The notes beneath the pieces were generated by a model, which saw only the letters and a program-made list of their open reading frames with translations, did not search any database and was not told where the DNA came from. 64,000 nt of DNA from positions 29,275 to 93,274 of the IMG/VR virus record IMGVR_UViG_3300025141_000046, one strand, 5' to 3'. Position numbers and translations under genes: made by a program. This DNA comes from a virus. Shown here piece after piece: positions 49,423-58,795 of this stretch (positions are counted from its first letter, which is position 1; each line of letters opens with the position of its first letter).

Positions 49423-50585
49423 TTTTTAATTATTTCTCCAATAACTTTATCGTATATTTGGCAAATAGACTTTCGCGAGTATTCAGACCTAATTCTTTCT
49501 CCAAGCTGTATAGACCACTTTTTTGGCTCATGCGACTTAGATTTGAATTTTTTAACTTTTTTCTTAAAGTCTTTTTCACTTGGGTTTGCCCAAGATGAAT
49601 TGTCAACAAAAATTCTATTATCAACTTTTTCAGGTGGTATTTTTATTAAATCGTAGCCTATTTTTAAAAATTTTCCGAGAGCTAGAAACTCTGTATGCGC
49701 GGACCAGTTTGTAGCAATTACAGGAAGATCTGATGCTGCGGCCTCTAAAAGAGGTAATCCAAAGCCCTCGCCTCTAGTTAGGCTAATGAGAGCTTTTATT
49801 GATTCATTTTTATACATTCCTGCAATTTCGTCGGGATATAAGTTTCCGTGGACGAGGTGAATCTTCGGGTATTGCCCCTTTCTAACTTCAGAAATTAATT
49901 TTCTGACAAGATCGGTTGTTAGCTGTCTATCTATTGTTGTCCCTCTTCCGTGATTTGTCTTCAATACTATTCCAACATCCGGGTCATCATGAAATGCTTC
50001 ACAGAGCCACTTTATTGTATAGAAAATATTTTTTCTATCAGTTGCTGGAGTTTGTCCTGTAAGCTGTGATAGCAGCAAGAAATTAAAATTAGTATCAAAA
50101 TTCATCTCGGAAAACTTTTTACTTAAATTTCCAGAAGATATTTCTTCAAAAAACCACTCAGGAATAACGTAGATATCAACTTCGATATTTCCTGAATTTT
50201 CGAGACATGATTTTGCATGTTCTGACGGTACTATGACTGCATCCATTTTATTGCATGCTTCTATCCAGTTTGGGGGACACATATCTGTTTCAACTATAGC
50301 TGATATCCCAATATTTATTCTTGCCATATTTGGATCCCACTCATCAGGCAGCTGAACCTGAAAAGATATATCAGCGATCTGATCGCTAGTCTGAGTCATT
50401 GACATAATTCTTCCTATCATTCCGGACTCTAAGTCAGAATTAATAAGCCAGGGCGTATTTCCCCAGTTCACTACTTGAGTCTCTACATCAAACATGCTTG
50501 ATTCATCAAGATATGAAAATATTTGCCTAGAGTGAACTCCGTAGCCACTCACAGATAAAAGCGGTGCTCTAATTATTGCTCTCAT
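49413..50585 (-). CDS. Glycosyltransferase, GT4/GT-B fold
   Basis: SGYGVHSR, IVPSEH, DRKN, TRGEGFGLPLLEAAASDLPVIATNWSAHTEF. Confidence 0.92.
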   Translation of the reverse strand: MRAIIRAPLLSVSGYGVHSRQIFSYLDESSMFDVETQVVNWGNTPWLINSDLESGMIGRIMSMTQTSDQIADISFQVQLPDEWDPNMARINIGISAIVETDMCPPNWIEACNKMDAVIVPSEHAKSCLENSGNIEVDIYVIPEWFFEEISSGNLSKKFSEMNFDTNFNFLLLSQLTGQTPATDRKNIFYTIKWLCEAFHDDPDVGIVLKTNHGRGTTIDRQLTTDLVRKLISEVRKGQYPKIHLVHGNLYPDEIAGMYKNESIKALISLTRGEGFGLPLLEAAASDLPVIATNWSAHTEFLALGKFLKIGYDLIKIPPEKVDNRIFVDNSSWANPSEKDFKKKVKKFKSKSHEPKKWSIQLGERIRSEYSRKSICQIYDKVIGEIIKKCQ

Positions 50586-50600
50586 TTTTTAAAAATCCAA

Positions 50601-51842
50601 CTAAATAGTGTTGACTTTATACCTCTCATAGGTTTCCTCCCAATTATTAATTTTTTTCCAAAGTAGCTTATCCCACTCATCAATCATATCCTGATAGTTG
50701 AACTCTGATTCGACATATGACATTACTTTTTGTGAAAGTGATAGCTTATCTTTATCTGACATATCATATAATTTCATAATTGCCGAGCCTACTGTAGATG
50801 TGCTGACATAGTCCTCATAGATGTATGGGACGTTCTGAGATCCCACTAGTGTTCTAAACTCTATCGGCAGCGCGATGCCGTTCTCAGTTCCATCTCTATG
50901 ATCTTCGACCTGTCTAGTCAGACCGCCTGTTTTAGTTGCGATGATAGGTGTTCCTGTCATCATTGATTCAAGTGTTGATAGACCGAAACCCTCTGCAAAG
51001 CTAATGTTTAGACAAAAATCTGATATATTGTAAAGTGTATTCATCTGGTCAAAATCTATTCTATCTCTTGAGAAAAGAACGTTATCTTGAACATTTAACA
51101 TTTCTGCAACCTGAATTAAATTTGCGCCCTCACTGTCGTGAGGGTCACAGTGCATAACCATTGTTGCTTTTCTATGCCCATGCTTTCTCTCTAGCATGTC
51201 TAGGAATATTTTCCAAGATTCTAAAACATCTGAAGATCTCTTTCTTTTTGCATTTCTATTGATCCATATTCCCACAAAGTGATCTTCACGATTGCTTCCA
51301 ATAAGTTCTTTTTTACTCTCGAGAATTTTATCCTCTGGAAGCTTAAAGAATATGTTCTTTGGAACCGTGTGAGGTACAAAATTTGTTTTTTCAGGATAAT
51401 GCTCAGATATCTGTGTATAAGTGTGATGTGAGTGACAATTTAAAAGATCAGTTGAATCATAAAGCGGTGAATTAAATTTTGGATACGGTGTATTATCCCA
51501 GACATGCCACCATACTATAGGGCACATCTGGTGTATTTCATCCTCCATTTCAAAAAGCCAGATAAAAAATCTTGGATCAGTAAATATTAAAAGAGCATCT
51601 GGCTTCTCTGTTGCAAGAGTGACCCTTAGCATGTCCCTATTGCCAAAGCCATCTATCGGCTTAATGATAAAGTCTTCATTGACAACAACTGTCCGATAGT
51701 CGTTGTGCTTAAGAGCTGCTCCAAACTGTCTAAATGTATACCTATTTTTTTCTAAGAGGCCTTCAATTAGATGTCTTGTTTGTACACCTACACCAGAAGT
51801 TGATAGTGCATGATCTGAAAGCACCAGTATTTTCTTTTTCAT
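50601..51842 (-). CDS. Glycosyltransferase, GT4/GT-B fold
   Basis: Likely start MKKKILV at 51842 (GGAGA RBS); SGVGVQ, NRNAKRKR, SFAEGFGLSTLESMMTGTPIIATKTGGL. Confidence 0.92.
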   Translation of the reverse strand: MKKKILVLSDHALSTSGVGVQTRHLIEGLLEKNRYTFRQFGAALKHNDYRTVVVNEDFIIKPIDGFGNRDMLRVTLATEKPDALLIFTDPRFFIWLFEMEDEIHQMCPIVWWHVWDNTPYPKFNSPLYDSTDLLNCHSHHTYTQISEHYPEKTNFVPHTVPKNIFFKLPEDKILESKKELIGSNREDHFVGIWINRNAKRKRSSDVLESWKIFLDMLERKHGHRKATMVMHCDPHDSEGANLIQVAEMLNVQDNVLFSRDRIDFDQMNTLYNISDFCLNISFAEGFGLSTLESMMTGTPIIATKTGGLTRQVEDHRDGTENGIALPIEFRTLVGSQNVPYIYEDYVSTSTVGSAIMKLYDMSDKDKLSLSQKVMSYVESEFNYQDMIDEWDKLLWKKINNWEETYERYKVNTI

Positions 51843-51901
51843 TTGTTCTCCAGCAGGTAAATAGTACACATTATTATGTGCCTGTTAAAGATAGAAACGT
51901 G

Positions 51902-52744
51902 TTATCTACAATCGTCAGTATTGTAATACGGGCAATACTTGCAAGAATTTCTATTTTTTAAATAGGCTCCATTCTCGACTGCGACAATCATATTTCGCAT
52001 AAGTTTCACACCTCTATCTAGAGTTTTTTGTCCTACAGATACAGCAACTAATTCACAAATTTTTCCAGGCTTACCGCCCCTCTTAAGCAATATAAATCCG
52101 CATCTAATATCTTTAAGGTCAATATTATGCTTTCGAGACCAAAAGTACTTATACAGAATAAGCTGTGCTGTCATACCGAGATCTTGCTTTTTATCTCTTC
52201 GCCATCCCCAGGCACCTGCAGTCTTCCAGTCAATAATCCAGTAGTTGTATCCCGTGCCTTTTTTCTTTGGAACTTTTATAACTCCATCGATGAATCCTTT
52301 AAATAAGACACTTTTGTTTTCAACAGTTTCGTATAGTGACTCTTCTGCATTAAAACATTCCCACTCTGGAAATTCTTTGTCTAAAAATTCAGGTATTTCC
52401 GCCCACATATTTTCAGCCCAGGAGCACCATTCATCAACAGGGACATGTTTGTACCAGCCAGGCTGAGCATTATACCATTCGGGATTTTCAAAACCATTCT
52501 TTTCCCATGCACTTCTTATTTCACTTAAAAGTTTTTTCTTATCAACTTTTTTTGCATCCAGGATTGTCTCACAACCAGCGTGGACTGCTGTACCAAAATC
52601 AAGGTATGGCGATGGTTCAAACTTATCAATTTTATCAATATAGGCTAGTTTGTGTCGCCAGGGACATTCTTTCCATATTTTTATCTCTGAGAATGATATG
52701 TGCGGTTTTCCAGTGGGAAAGCTAGATTTTAATAAATTTTTCAT
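51902..52744 (-). CDS. PD-(D/E)XK nuclease, RecB/Cas4-like with Cys cluster
   Basis: Likely start MKNLLK at 52744 (AGGAGA); ISFSEI...CPWR, FGTAVH, GFIDGV, IIDWKT, QLILY, CKYCPY...C. Confidence 0.88.
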   Translation of the reverse strand: MKNLLKSSFPTGKPHISFSEIKIWKECPWRHKLAYIDKIDKFEPSPYLDFGTAVHAGCETILDAKKVDKKKLLSEIRSAWEKNGFENPEWYNAQPGWYKHVPVDEWCSWAENMWAEIPEFLDKEFPEWECFNAEESLYETVENKSVLFKGFIDGVIKVPKKKGTGYNYWIIDWKTAGAWGWRRDKKQDLGMTAQLILYKYFWSRKHNIDLKDIRCGFILLKRGGKPGKICELVAVSVGQKTLDRGVKLMRNMIVAVENGAYLKNRNSCKYCPYYNTDDCR

Positions 52745-52810
52745 TGTTTCTCCTACTTTTATTCTACACAAAAATATTGCAATTTTTAAGAATATAAGCC
52801 TAAATTTTAT

Positions 52811-53431
52811 CTAATGATAGTAGCCTAGAAATCTAGCAAACTCAATAATTTTCTGATTAATAGCAACTGTGTCAAACATATTTCTATTTTTTATATAAAA
52901 TCCTGGCTCACCTAAAGATTTTTCATTGATGTGGCCGCCGTGCAAATGAGATAGATTGTCAATTATTCCAAAATTTTTACTATTTGAAATTTCTATATTT
53001 CTCTCTATGCATGTTTGATCTTTTATCTCTTTGAGCTTGTCTATGCTTATTTTTATATTTAGAAAATCAGCTATTATCTGTATTCTTTTTTCAGGATTGT
53101 AATAATATTTCTCATATTCTATAAACAAAACATTTCTTCCAATATTTGAATCTCTTACTAGATTCTCATAGTTTGATTTTTGAATCATTATTCTTCTGCT
53201 CGCATGACGAGCTGCTACTGATTTTGGGTAAACGTCGCTTAATTTTAAGAATAGTGAAAAGTATGCCTCAATTGGATTTCTATAAGTGTATATGCAACTT
53301 TCTAGACCTGGAACATACTCATGCGTCTTTTCAAGCCTTTGTCCTAACAATAGTGATGATATTTGCCATGATACAGTAGATCCAGATCTTTCCATTCCTA
53401 TACAAGTTACAAAATCTTCCAATAAATTCAA
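52811..53431 (-). CDS. PAPS-dependent sulfotransferase
   Basis: 5'-PSB loop GMERSGSTVSWQI; 3'-PB YRNPIEAYFS; IEYE...IADFL. Confidence 0.8.
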   Translation of the reverse strand: MNLLEDFVTCIGMERSGSTVSWQISSLLLGQRLEKTHEYVPGLESCIYTYRNPIEAYFSLFLKLSDVYPKSVAARHASRRIMIQKSNYENLVRDSNIGRNVLFIEYEKYYYNPEKRIQIIADFLNIKISIDKLKEIKDQTCIERNIEISNSKNFGIIDNLSHLHGGHINEKSLGEPGFYIKNRNMFDTVAINQKIIEFARFLGYYH

Positions 53432-53445
53432 CCTGTCGCCCTTTA

Positions 53446-54336
53446 TTAATACTTGTGTATTTTATCTTCTAGGGAGTAGAGAGGAGTCCACCCAAGGTCT
53501 ATTTCTGTTCTAGTAATATCTGCAAGTGTTTCTCTCACCTCGGCTGGTCTCTCACTAATGTGCTCAATTCCAGCACCCATGTTTATCATATCAGCTATCT
53601 CAATTATTGAATAATTCTTGCCCGTTCCAACATTATAAATTTTATGCTCTATCTCCGACTCAATTGAGCAAATGTTGGCACTGACAACATCTTCGACATA
53701 AGTGAAGTCTCTTCTTTGCAATCCATCGCCTACAACTGTTACTCTTTTCCCCTCGCTAGTCTGTCTTTTAAAGAGGCCAATTACAGGTGCATACTGTCCT
53801 TTAATAGGTTCCCGGGGACCGTAAACATTGAAATATCTTAAAACTATTGAATTTAAGCTGTATAGCTGAAAATATAACTTGCAAACTTGCTCACCCATCC
53901 ACTTTGACATTGAGTATGGATTTAGACAATATGGGGGCATATTTGGCTGGAATGGAATTGTATTCTGTTGGCCATATAGTGATGACGTACTAGAATATAC
54001 AATCTTCTTTGCAGAGTACAACCTGGACCACTCTAGGACCCTCTGTGTACCTACTACGTTAACATCGAAGCAAGCTCCGGGATTTTCAATAGTAGGTTGA
54101 ATCCTACTACGAGCGGCAAGATGAAAAACATAGTCGACACCACTAAAAATATCGCTACAGTCATCTTTAGAAATATCTTTTTTCCAATAGTTGGCTTTGT
54201 CATTATAATAAAATTCCTCATTTTCCTGTGCAGATAAATCATCTATAACTCTAACATCATGACCCAGATAGACAAGCCTGTCAACAATATGACTTCCAAT
54301 AAACCCGCAGCCTCCAGTTACAAGACTAGTCTTCAC
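53446..54336 (-). CDS. NAD-dependent nucleotide-sugar epimerase/dehydratase (extended SDR)
   Basis: LVTGGCGFIGSH, VFHLAA, YSMSK, LRYFNVYGP, RDFTYVEDV. Confidence 0.93.
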   Translation of the reverse strand: MKTSLVTGGCGFIGSHIVDRLVYLGHDVRVIDDLSAQENEEFYYNDKANYWKKDISKDDCSDIFSGVDYVFHLAARSRIQPTIENPGACFDVNVVGTQRVLEWSRLYSAKKIVYSSTSSLYGQQNTIPFQPNMPPYCLNPYSMSKWMGEQVCKLYFQLYSLNSIVLRYFNVYGPREPIKGQYAPVIGLFKRQTSEGKRVTVVGDGLQRRDFTYVEDVVSANICSIESEIEHKIYNVGTGKNYSIIEIADMINMGAGIEHISERPAEVRETLADITRTEIDLGWTPLYSLEDKIHKY

Positions 54337-55165
54337 TTACAGCTCTTCCCTTCATGGTAATCCAGTCTTTATTTTTTCTATATCTACCATTTGAAAAAGA
54401 TACATTCTCCAATAGTGATACATTAACATCTCTCTCAGTTCCAAAAAATATCATAGCTGCCAAGTCTTTTGGAAAGCAGTGGCCACCAAAGCCCCTGTCG
54501 CCATCAGGCCCGGGAACTGCAAGATGACTATTTCCAATTCTTTTATCAAAAAGTGCATATTCACAAACTTTATCATAATCTACACCAGAAGCTGCGCATA
54601 TATCATACATCTGGTTGGCAAATGTAACCTTTGTAGATAGAAAGCAATTTATAAAATACTTTACAGATTCTGCTGTATTTGATCCTGTTTTAATTATTGG
54701 AATTGTCGGAAATGCTTTTCTAAACATTTGTTTAATCTTTCCAGTAGACGGTCTTGGTCCACCAATTATAATTCTTGTCTGATTTTTAAAATCTTCAAAT
54801 GAGTTAGCCTCAGTTAGAAATTCAGGGCTGAAGCATACGTCAACCCTTGTACTTCTATTTATTCTTTCCGTCGTACCGGGTGGGATTGTAGACTTTATTA
54901 CAATAATCGGGAACGTATTATAAAATGCACACTCATCATCAATTTTTTGAATTGCTGACTCAAGAATTCTAGTATCACACTGACCTGACTTTTTCATAGG
55001 AGTTGGCAAGCAGACAAATATAATATCGGCGCATGAAGTAATTTCTGAATGTGAGTTTTTTGACAATGTTGAATCTATGTCATACGCCATTATTTCATAA
55101 AAGTTTTTCAAACCCTCTCTTACTGCAGATCCAACAAATCCTTGTCCTATTATTCCAATTTTCAT
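54326..55165 (-). CDS. UDP-glucose/GDP-mannose dehydrogenase family protein (short form)
   Basis: GIIGQGFVG, VCLPTP, IKSTIPPGTT, FSPEFL, catalytic GFGGHCFPKD; ends at 279 aa. Confidence 0.9.
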   Translation of the reverse strand: MKIGIIGQGFVGSAVREGLKNFYEIMAYDIDSTLSKNSHSEITSCADIIFVCLPTPMKKSGQCDTRILESAIQKIDDECAFYNTFPIIVIKSTIPPGTTERINRSTRVDVCFSPEFLTEANSFEDFKNQTRIIIGGPRPSTGKIKQMFRKAFPTIPIIKTGSNTAESVKYFINCFLSTKVTFANQMYDICAASGVDYDKVCEYALFDKRIGNSHLAVPGPDGDRGFGGHCFPKDLAAMIFFGTERDVNVSLLENVSFSNGRYRKNKDWITMKGRAVSED

Positions 55166-55199
55166 CTATGACCTCTTTTTATATTATCTAGCATAGCTA

Positions 55200-56147
55200 T
55201 TAGCTCATGTATCCTAGACTTTCCATATCATATTTTGATACCCATGATATAAAGTCTCTCAAGCCAGACTCGAGTGAAAATTTAGGCTCATATCCAAAAG
55301 ATCGTGCTTTGGATATATCAGCTAGAAGCTTAAAAACCTCACCCGGTCTTGGTTCAGTGTGGACTATCTTTGACGAAGATCCAGAAATTTCTATAATTTT
55401 TTGTGCTATATCATTGATTGTAAAATCTTTGCCAACTCCAGTATTCATAATTGTGCCACTAGGCGTATTTTCTGAGACTATATATCCAGATACTGCATCT
55501 TCAATATATTGATAATCTCTTGTCTGTGTTCCATCACCGTATATTAAAATGGGCCTATTATCAAGTGCTCTTCTAACAAATATAGATATAACTGCTCCGT
55601 AACCTGAAGATTTCTGTCTTGGGCCGAATGTATTAAAATTCCTAATAACTCTAGCATTGGTTCCAAATGTATGATGATATGCTGTACATAAAGATTCAGC
55701 AGCAACTTTTGATGCAGCATACGGTGATTGCGGATTTAGAGTTGACGATTCTGAATGAATGCCTTCGCCATACACCTCTGCTGATGATGCCAATGTCATT
55801 CCTATACTAGAATTTTCTTTACAAATTTCTAAGAAATTTTGTGTGGATGTTAAGTTGATATCTAGTGTCTCTTTCGGCCTGATTATAGATTTTTCCACAT
55901 GAATCTGGGCTGCAAGATGGAAAATATAGTCGCAACTATTGGATATTTCTTTCATTCGAGAAAAGGATCTAACATCTGCTTCGATAAAGTGAAAATCAGG
56001 ATAGTTAAAAAGCCCTCTAATATTATTTAGATTTCCATTATAAAAATTGTCTACACACACTACTCTATGACCATTATTTAAAAGCTTTTCACACAAATGT
56101 GAACCTATAAATCCGGCGCCGCCGGTAACCAAATATCTTTTTTGCAT
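55200..56147 (-). CDS. NAD-dependent nucleotide-sugar epimerase/4,6-dehydratase (extended SDR)
   Basis: LVTGGAGFIGSH, HLAAQIHV, SSAEVYG, PQSPYAASK, RNFNTFGPRQ. Confidence 0.93.
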   Translation of the reverse strand: MQKRYLVTGGAGFIGSHLCEKLLNNGHRVVCVDNFYNGNLNNIRGLFNYPDFHFIEADVRSFSRMKEISNSCDYIFHLAAQIHVEKSIIRPKETLDINLTSTQNFLEICKENSSIGMTLASSAEVYGEGIHSESSTLNPQSPYAASKVAAESLCTAYHHTFGTNARVIRNFNTFGPRQKSSGYGAVISIFVRRALDNRPILIYGDGTQTRDYQYIEDAVSGYIVSENTPSGTIMNTGVGKDFTINDIAQKIIEISGSSSKIVHTEPRPGEVFKLLADISKARSFGYEPKFSLESGLRDFISWVSKYDMESLGYMS

Positions 56148-56168
56148 ATTAGTCTCCTAAAATATTAT

Positions 56169-56816
56169 TTAATAATTTTCAATTGGTGTAATATTATACC
56201 ACCAGTAGGGATGAGTTAAAACATACAAGTTTTTTAAATCTTTTTTTGTTAAATTTTCATAAAAAGATCCGTCTCTCCACATGCAGCTACTATCTGATAT
56301 GTATTTGAACTTTTCAAGCAACATATTGTCGTATGCTTGCGTTAGATTTTTTTCGCTATCAATATAAAAAGATTTTGTCCTTGTAGGCTCGTGTGGACAA
56401 ATTGACTCTATCGATATGTCAAAAATATCCTCTAAAATATTAATCTCTTTTTTTAAAAAATCACAAATAGGCTTATTAATCAAGTGATAAAAATCAGACT
56501 CATAATGTAAACCTATTTCATGACCCATATTTTTAATTTCCCGGATTTTATCAAAATCTTTCAGGCACAGCGGATTATAGCCGTGTGAGTGAAGCCTAAT
56601 AAAATAAGTTGCATTGATATTGTTTTCATTTTCTAGGGTGGCCATTTTGACGGCTGTATCTACCTGCGTGTCGACATCATGCCTTAGTATAGCCGACCCT
56701 TTTTCTTCCGACTTTTTCCAGTCTTTAAGCGTATAAAATTTAAATCCTAGATTATTAGCTAACTTGAGACACCTATCATAATTTGCTAAGCTAAAATTGT
56801 CTTCTTGACTTTCCAT
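56169..56816 (-). CDS. Polysaccharide deacetylase-like protein (WbmS-like)
   Basis: ILRHDVD, ATYFIR, GHEIGLHYE, HEP, YISDS, LTHPYWW. Confidence 0.72.
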   Translation of the reverse strand: MESQEDNFSLANYDRCLKLANNLGFKFYTLKDWKKSEEKGSAILRHDVDTQVDTAVKMATLENENNINATYFIRLHSHGYNPLCLKDFDKIREIKNMGHEIGLHYESDFYHLINKPICDFLKKEINILEDIFDISIESICPHEPTRTKSFYIDSEKNLTQAYDNMLLEKFKYISDSSCMWRDGSFYENLTKKDLKNLYVLTHPYWWYNITPIENY

Positions 56817-57472
56817 AGCCCCTCATGTAAAATTAAATCTACGACGCTGATGTGATTATCTTCTATTACTGGTAAATCAAATTGATTTTCCATATAAGCT
56901 AATTCAATTCCGTGATTTTCAAAAACTTGCTCACTTTGATAATTTTTTGCACCTTGTCCCGAAATATATGTTTTCCCGTCACACAGGTTAATAATTTCAA
57001 TTAGCATATATTGATTTTTCGCATCTCTTTCAAATGATAAACTAGAAGATTTTACAAGCTTGGTATCTATTTCAAGATAATCACAAATAATCTTTATAAG
57101 ATCAATATTAAAATTTGAAAGATTTATTGTACTGTGAGATAGTTTTTTTTCATAATGATTTATAATACTATCTAAAAATTTAGTTTCTCTAGTTTTTGAA
57201 TGTCTCATTTTAAGATGTTTTATATGCTTTTTTAAATTTGATGTATTGCACTCTACGTCTAGTATTTTTTTACTGTAAGAATCCTTTCCAATCGGACATG
57301 ACAGCCAGAAGCTACTCTTAAAATTCTTATCAGCTGAAAATCTATTTCTATTAAAGAATGAATTTTTTGAGCATTTTGCTGTATCTAGAAAAACAAATAT
57401 ATCGCTAGCATGAATTTTTTTAAAAAATCCTGCCCATGGAAGAAAGTTAGGCTGGTGTATTCCAACCTTCAT
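56786..57472 (-). CDS. wbqC: WbqC-family protein (putative glycyl/acyl transferase)
   Basis: IHQPNFLPWAGFFKKI..SDIFVFLD, NRNR, YISGQGAKNY, SVVDLI. Confidence 0.88.
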   Translation of the reverse strand: MKVGIHQPNFLPWAGFFKKIHASDIFVFLDTAKCSKNSFFNRNRFSADKNFKSSFWLSCPIGKDSYSKKILDVECNTSNLKKHIKHLKMRHSKTRETKFLDSIINHYEKKLSHSTINLSNFNIDLIKIICDYLEIDTKLVKSSSLSFERDAKNQYMLIEIINLCDGKTYISGQGAKNYQSEQVFENHGIELAYMENQFDLPVIEDNHISVVDLILHEGLWKVKKTILA

Positions 57473-58275
57473 CCTAAACTTTCTCTGATCTTTTTAGCAA
57501 TATTCTCTGCTATTGGACAATTTCCCACAATTCCTCTTGAAACATACGCTGGTTGTTCATAAACTACATTTGGATAATGTCCTTGATCTGGACCTCTCAA
57601 TCCAAGCTCAGACTTAATTCCCTCCATGTGTAGTTTCATTTGCTCGTACGCCATTAGACAAAGAGGCTCAGCAAGTCTAAAATTAAAACCTATTCTAACA
57701 TGGTTGTATTTACCGTCCTGACCTTGATTACAAATAGACCGAATCTTTTTTGAATTTAGGCACGAACCTTTTGGAATACAGATCATTCCGCCTTCAAATG
57801 TTGAAATATTCTTAGTCTTGTAGAATGAAAATGTTCCGCAGTCTGACATCATTCCTGCATATTTTCCTGATTCATGCTCTGCACCAAAGGCTTGAGCTGT
57901 ATCTTCTATGACTACCAGGTTATGCTTTGCAGCTACAATGCCTATTTTTTCCATAGCACAAATGCGACCATAAAGATGGACAGGAATAATTGCCCTAGTC
58001 CTATCTGTTATAGCTTTTTCAATCTTTTCAGGATCTATTAGATATGTTTCAGGATCTATATCAACAAATACAGGCGTGCCGCCAGCAATTATTATAGCAT
58101 TAGATGTTGCAATATAGGTAAACGGAGTTGTGATAACTTCATCGCCTTGCTGTAGATCTAGAGACCATAACGGTGCAATTAGAGCCGATGTTCCATTGTT
58201 GACAGCTATACAATCTTTCAGATCAAATCTTTCTTTGACATAGTTTTCAAATATATTTCTTACTATTGCTGGCAT
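57469..58275 (-). CDS. DegT/DnrJ/EryC1/StrS sugar aminotransferase (compact, 268 aa)
   Basis: AVNNGTSAL, GDEVITTPFTYIAT, IIPVHLYG, IEDTAQAFGA, FSFYKTKN (PLP Lys), EGGM, GFNFRL. Confidence 0.9.
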   Translation of the reverse strand: MPAIVRNIFENYVKERFDLKDCIAVNNGTSALIAPLWSLDLQQGDEVITTPFTYIATSNAIIIAGGTPVFVDIDPETYLIDPEKIEKAITDRTRAIIPVHLYGRICAMEKIGIVAAKHNLVVIEDTAQAFGAEHESGKYAGMMSDCGTFSFYKTKNISTFEGGMICIPKGSCLNSKKIRSICNQGQDGKYNHVRIGFNFRLAEPLCLMAYEQMKLHMEGIKSELGLRGPDQGHYPNVVYEQPAYVSRGIVGNCPIAENIAKKIRESLG

Positions 58276-58745
58276 TATTTTTTTCTCAGTAGCCTTGCTG
58301 GATTTCCAACGACAACAGTGTTATCATCTACGTTTTTTGTCACTACTGATCCTGCGCCGACCAATGCGTTGATACCTACTGTATTACCGCAGATAATAGT
58401 AGAATTTGCACCGATACTGCTGCCATCCCTGAAGTGTGTTTCTTTGAATCTTTCCTTCCAGTCTCCGCTAGCAACTGGTTCAATGTCATTTGTTGTTATA
58501 ACATTTGGACCGATGAAAACATTATTACCTATGACGACACCCTCGTAAAGCAATGAATGATTTTGAACTAAACAATTATCACCAATAATGACATTATTTC
58601 CAATATGGACACCCTCACCAATAATGCAATTTTTTCCAATTTTTACACCCGACATTACATGAGAAAATGCCCAAATCTTTGTATTTTCACCAATGTCTAC
58701 TTCAAAATCAACTATGGCAGTTTCATGTATAAAAATATTGGTCAT
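58275..58745 (-). CDS. Hexapeptide-repeat sugar N-acetyltransferase (WbpD/WlbB-like)
   Basis: FIHETAIVD...IGENTKIW...VFIGPNVITTND...SIGANSTI...VGAGSVVTKNV...GNPAR. Confidence 0.9.
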   Translation of the reverse strand: MTNIFIHETAIVDFEVDIGENTKIWAFSHVMSGVKIGKNCIIGEGVHIGNNVIIGDNCLVQNHSLLYEGVVIGNNVFIGPNVITTNDIEPVASGDWKERFKETHFRDGSSIGANSTIICGNTVGINALVGAGSVVTKNVDDNTVVVGNPARLLRKK

Positions 58746-58766
58746 ATTCTCTAGCTTTTATTAATA

Positions 58767-58795
58767 ATTCTATATTTCACAAGTAAAGTTTACAA
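58767..58795 (-). promoter_or_regulatory. Putative sigma70-like promoter for the acetyltransferase/aminotransferase genes
   Basis: Minus strand TTGTAA-N17-TAGAAT about 20 nt upstream of the ATG at 58745. Confidence 0.45.

Noticed and set aside
51902-52744. Cas4-like nuclease as evidence of a CRISPR-Cas system
   Set aside because: No repeat-spacer array or other cas genes in the window; solo PD-(D/E)XK nucleases are common in phages.
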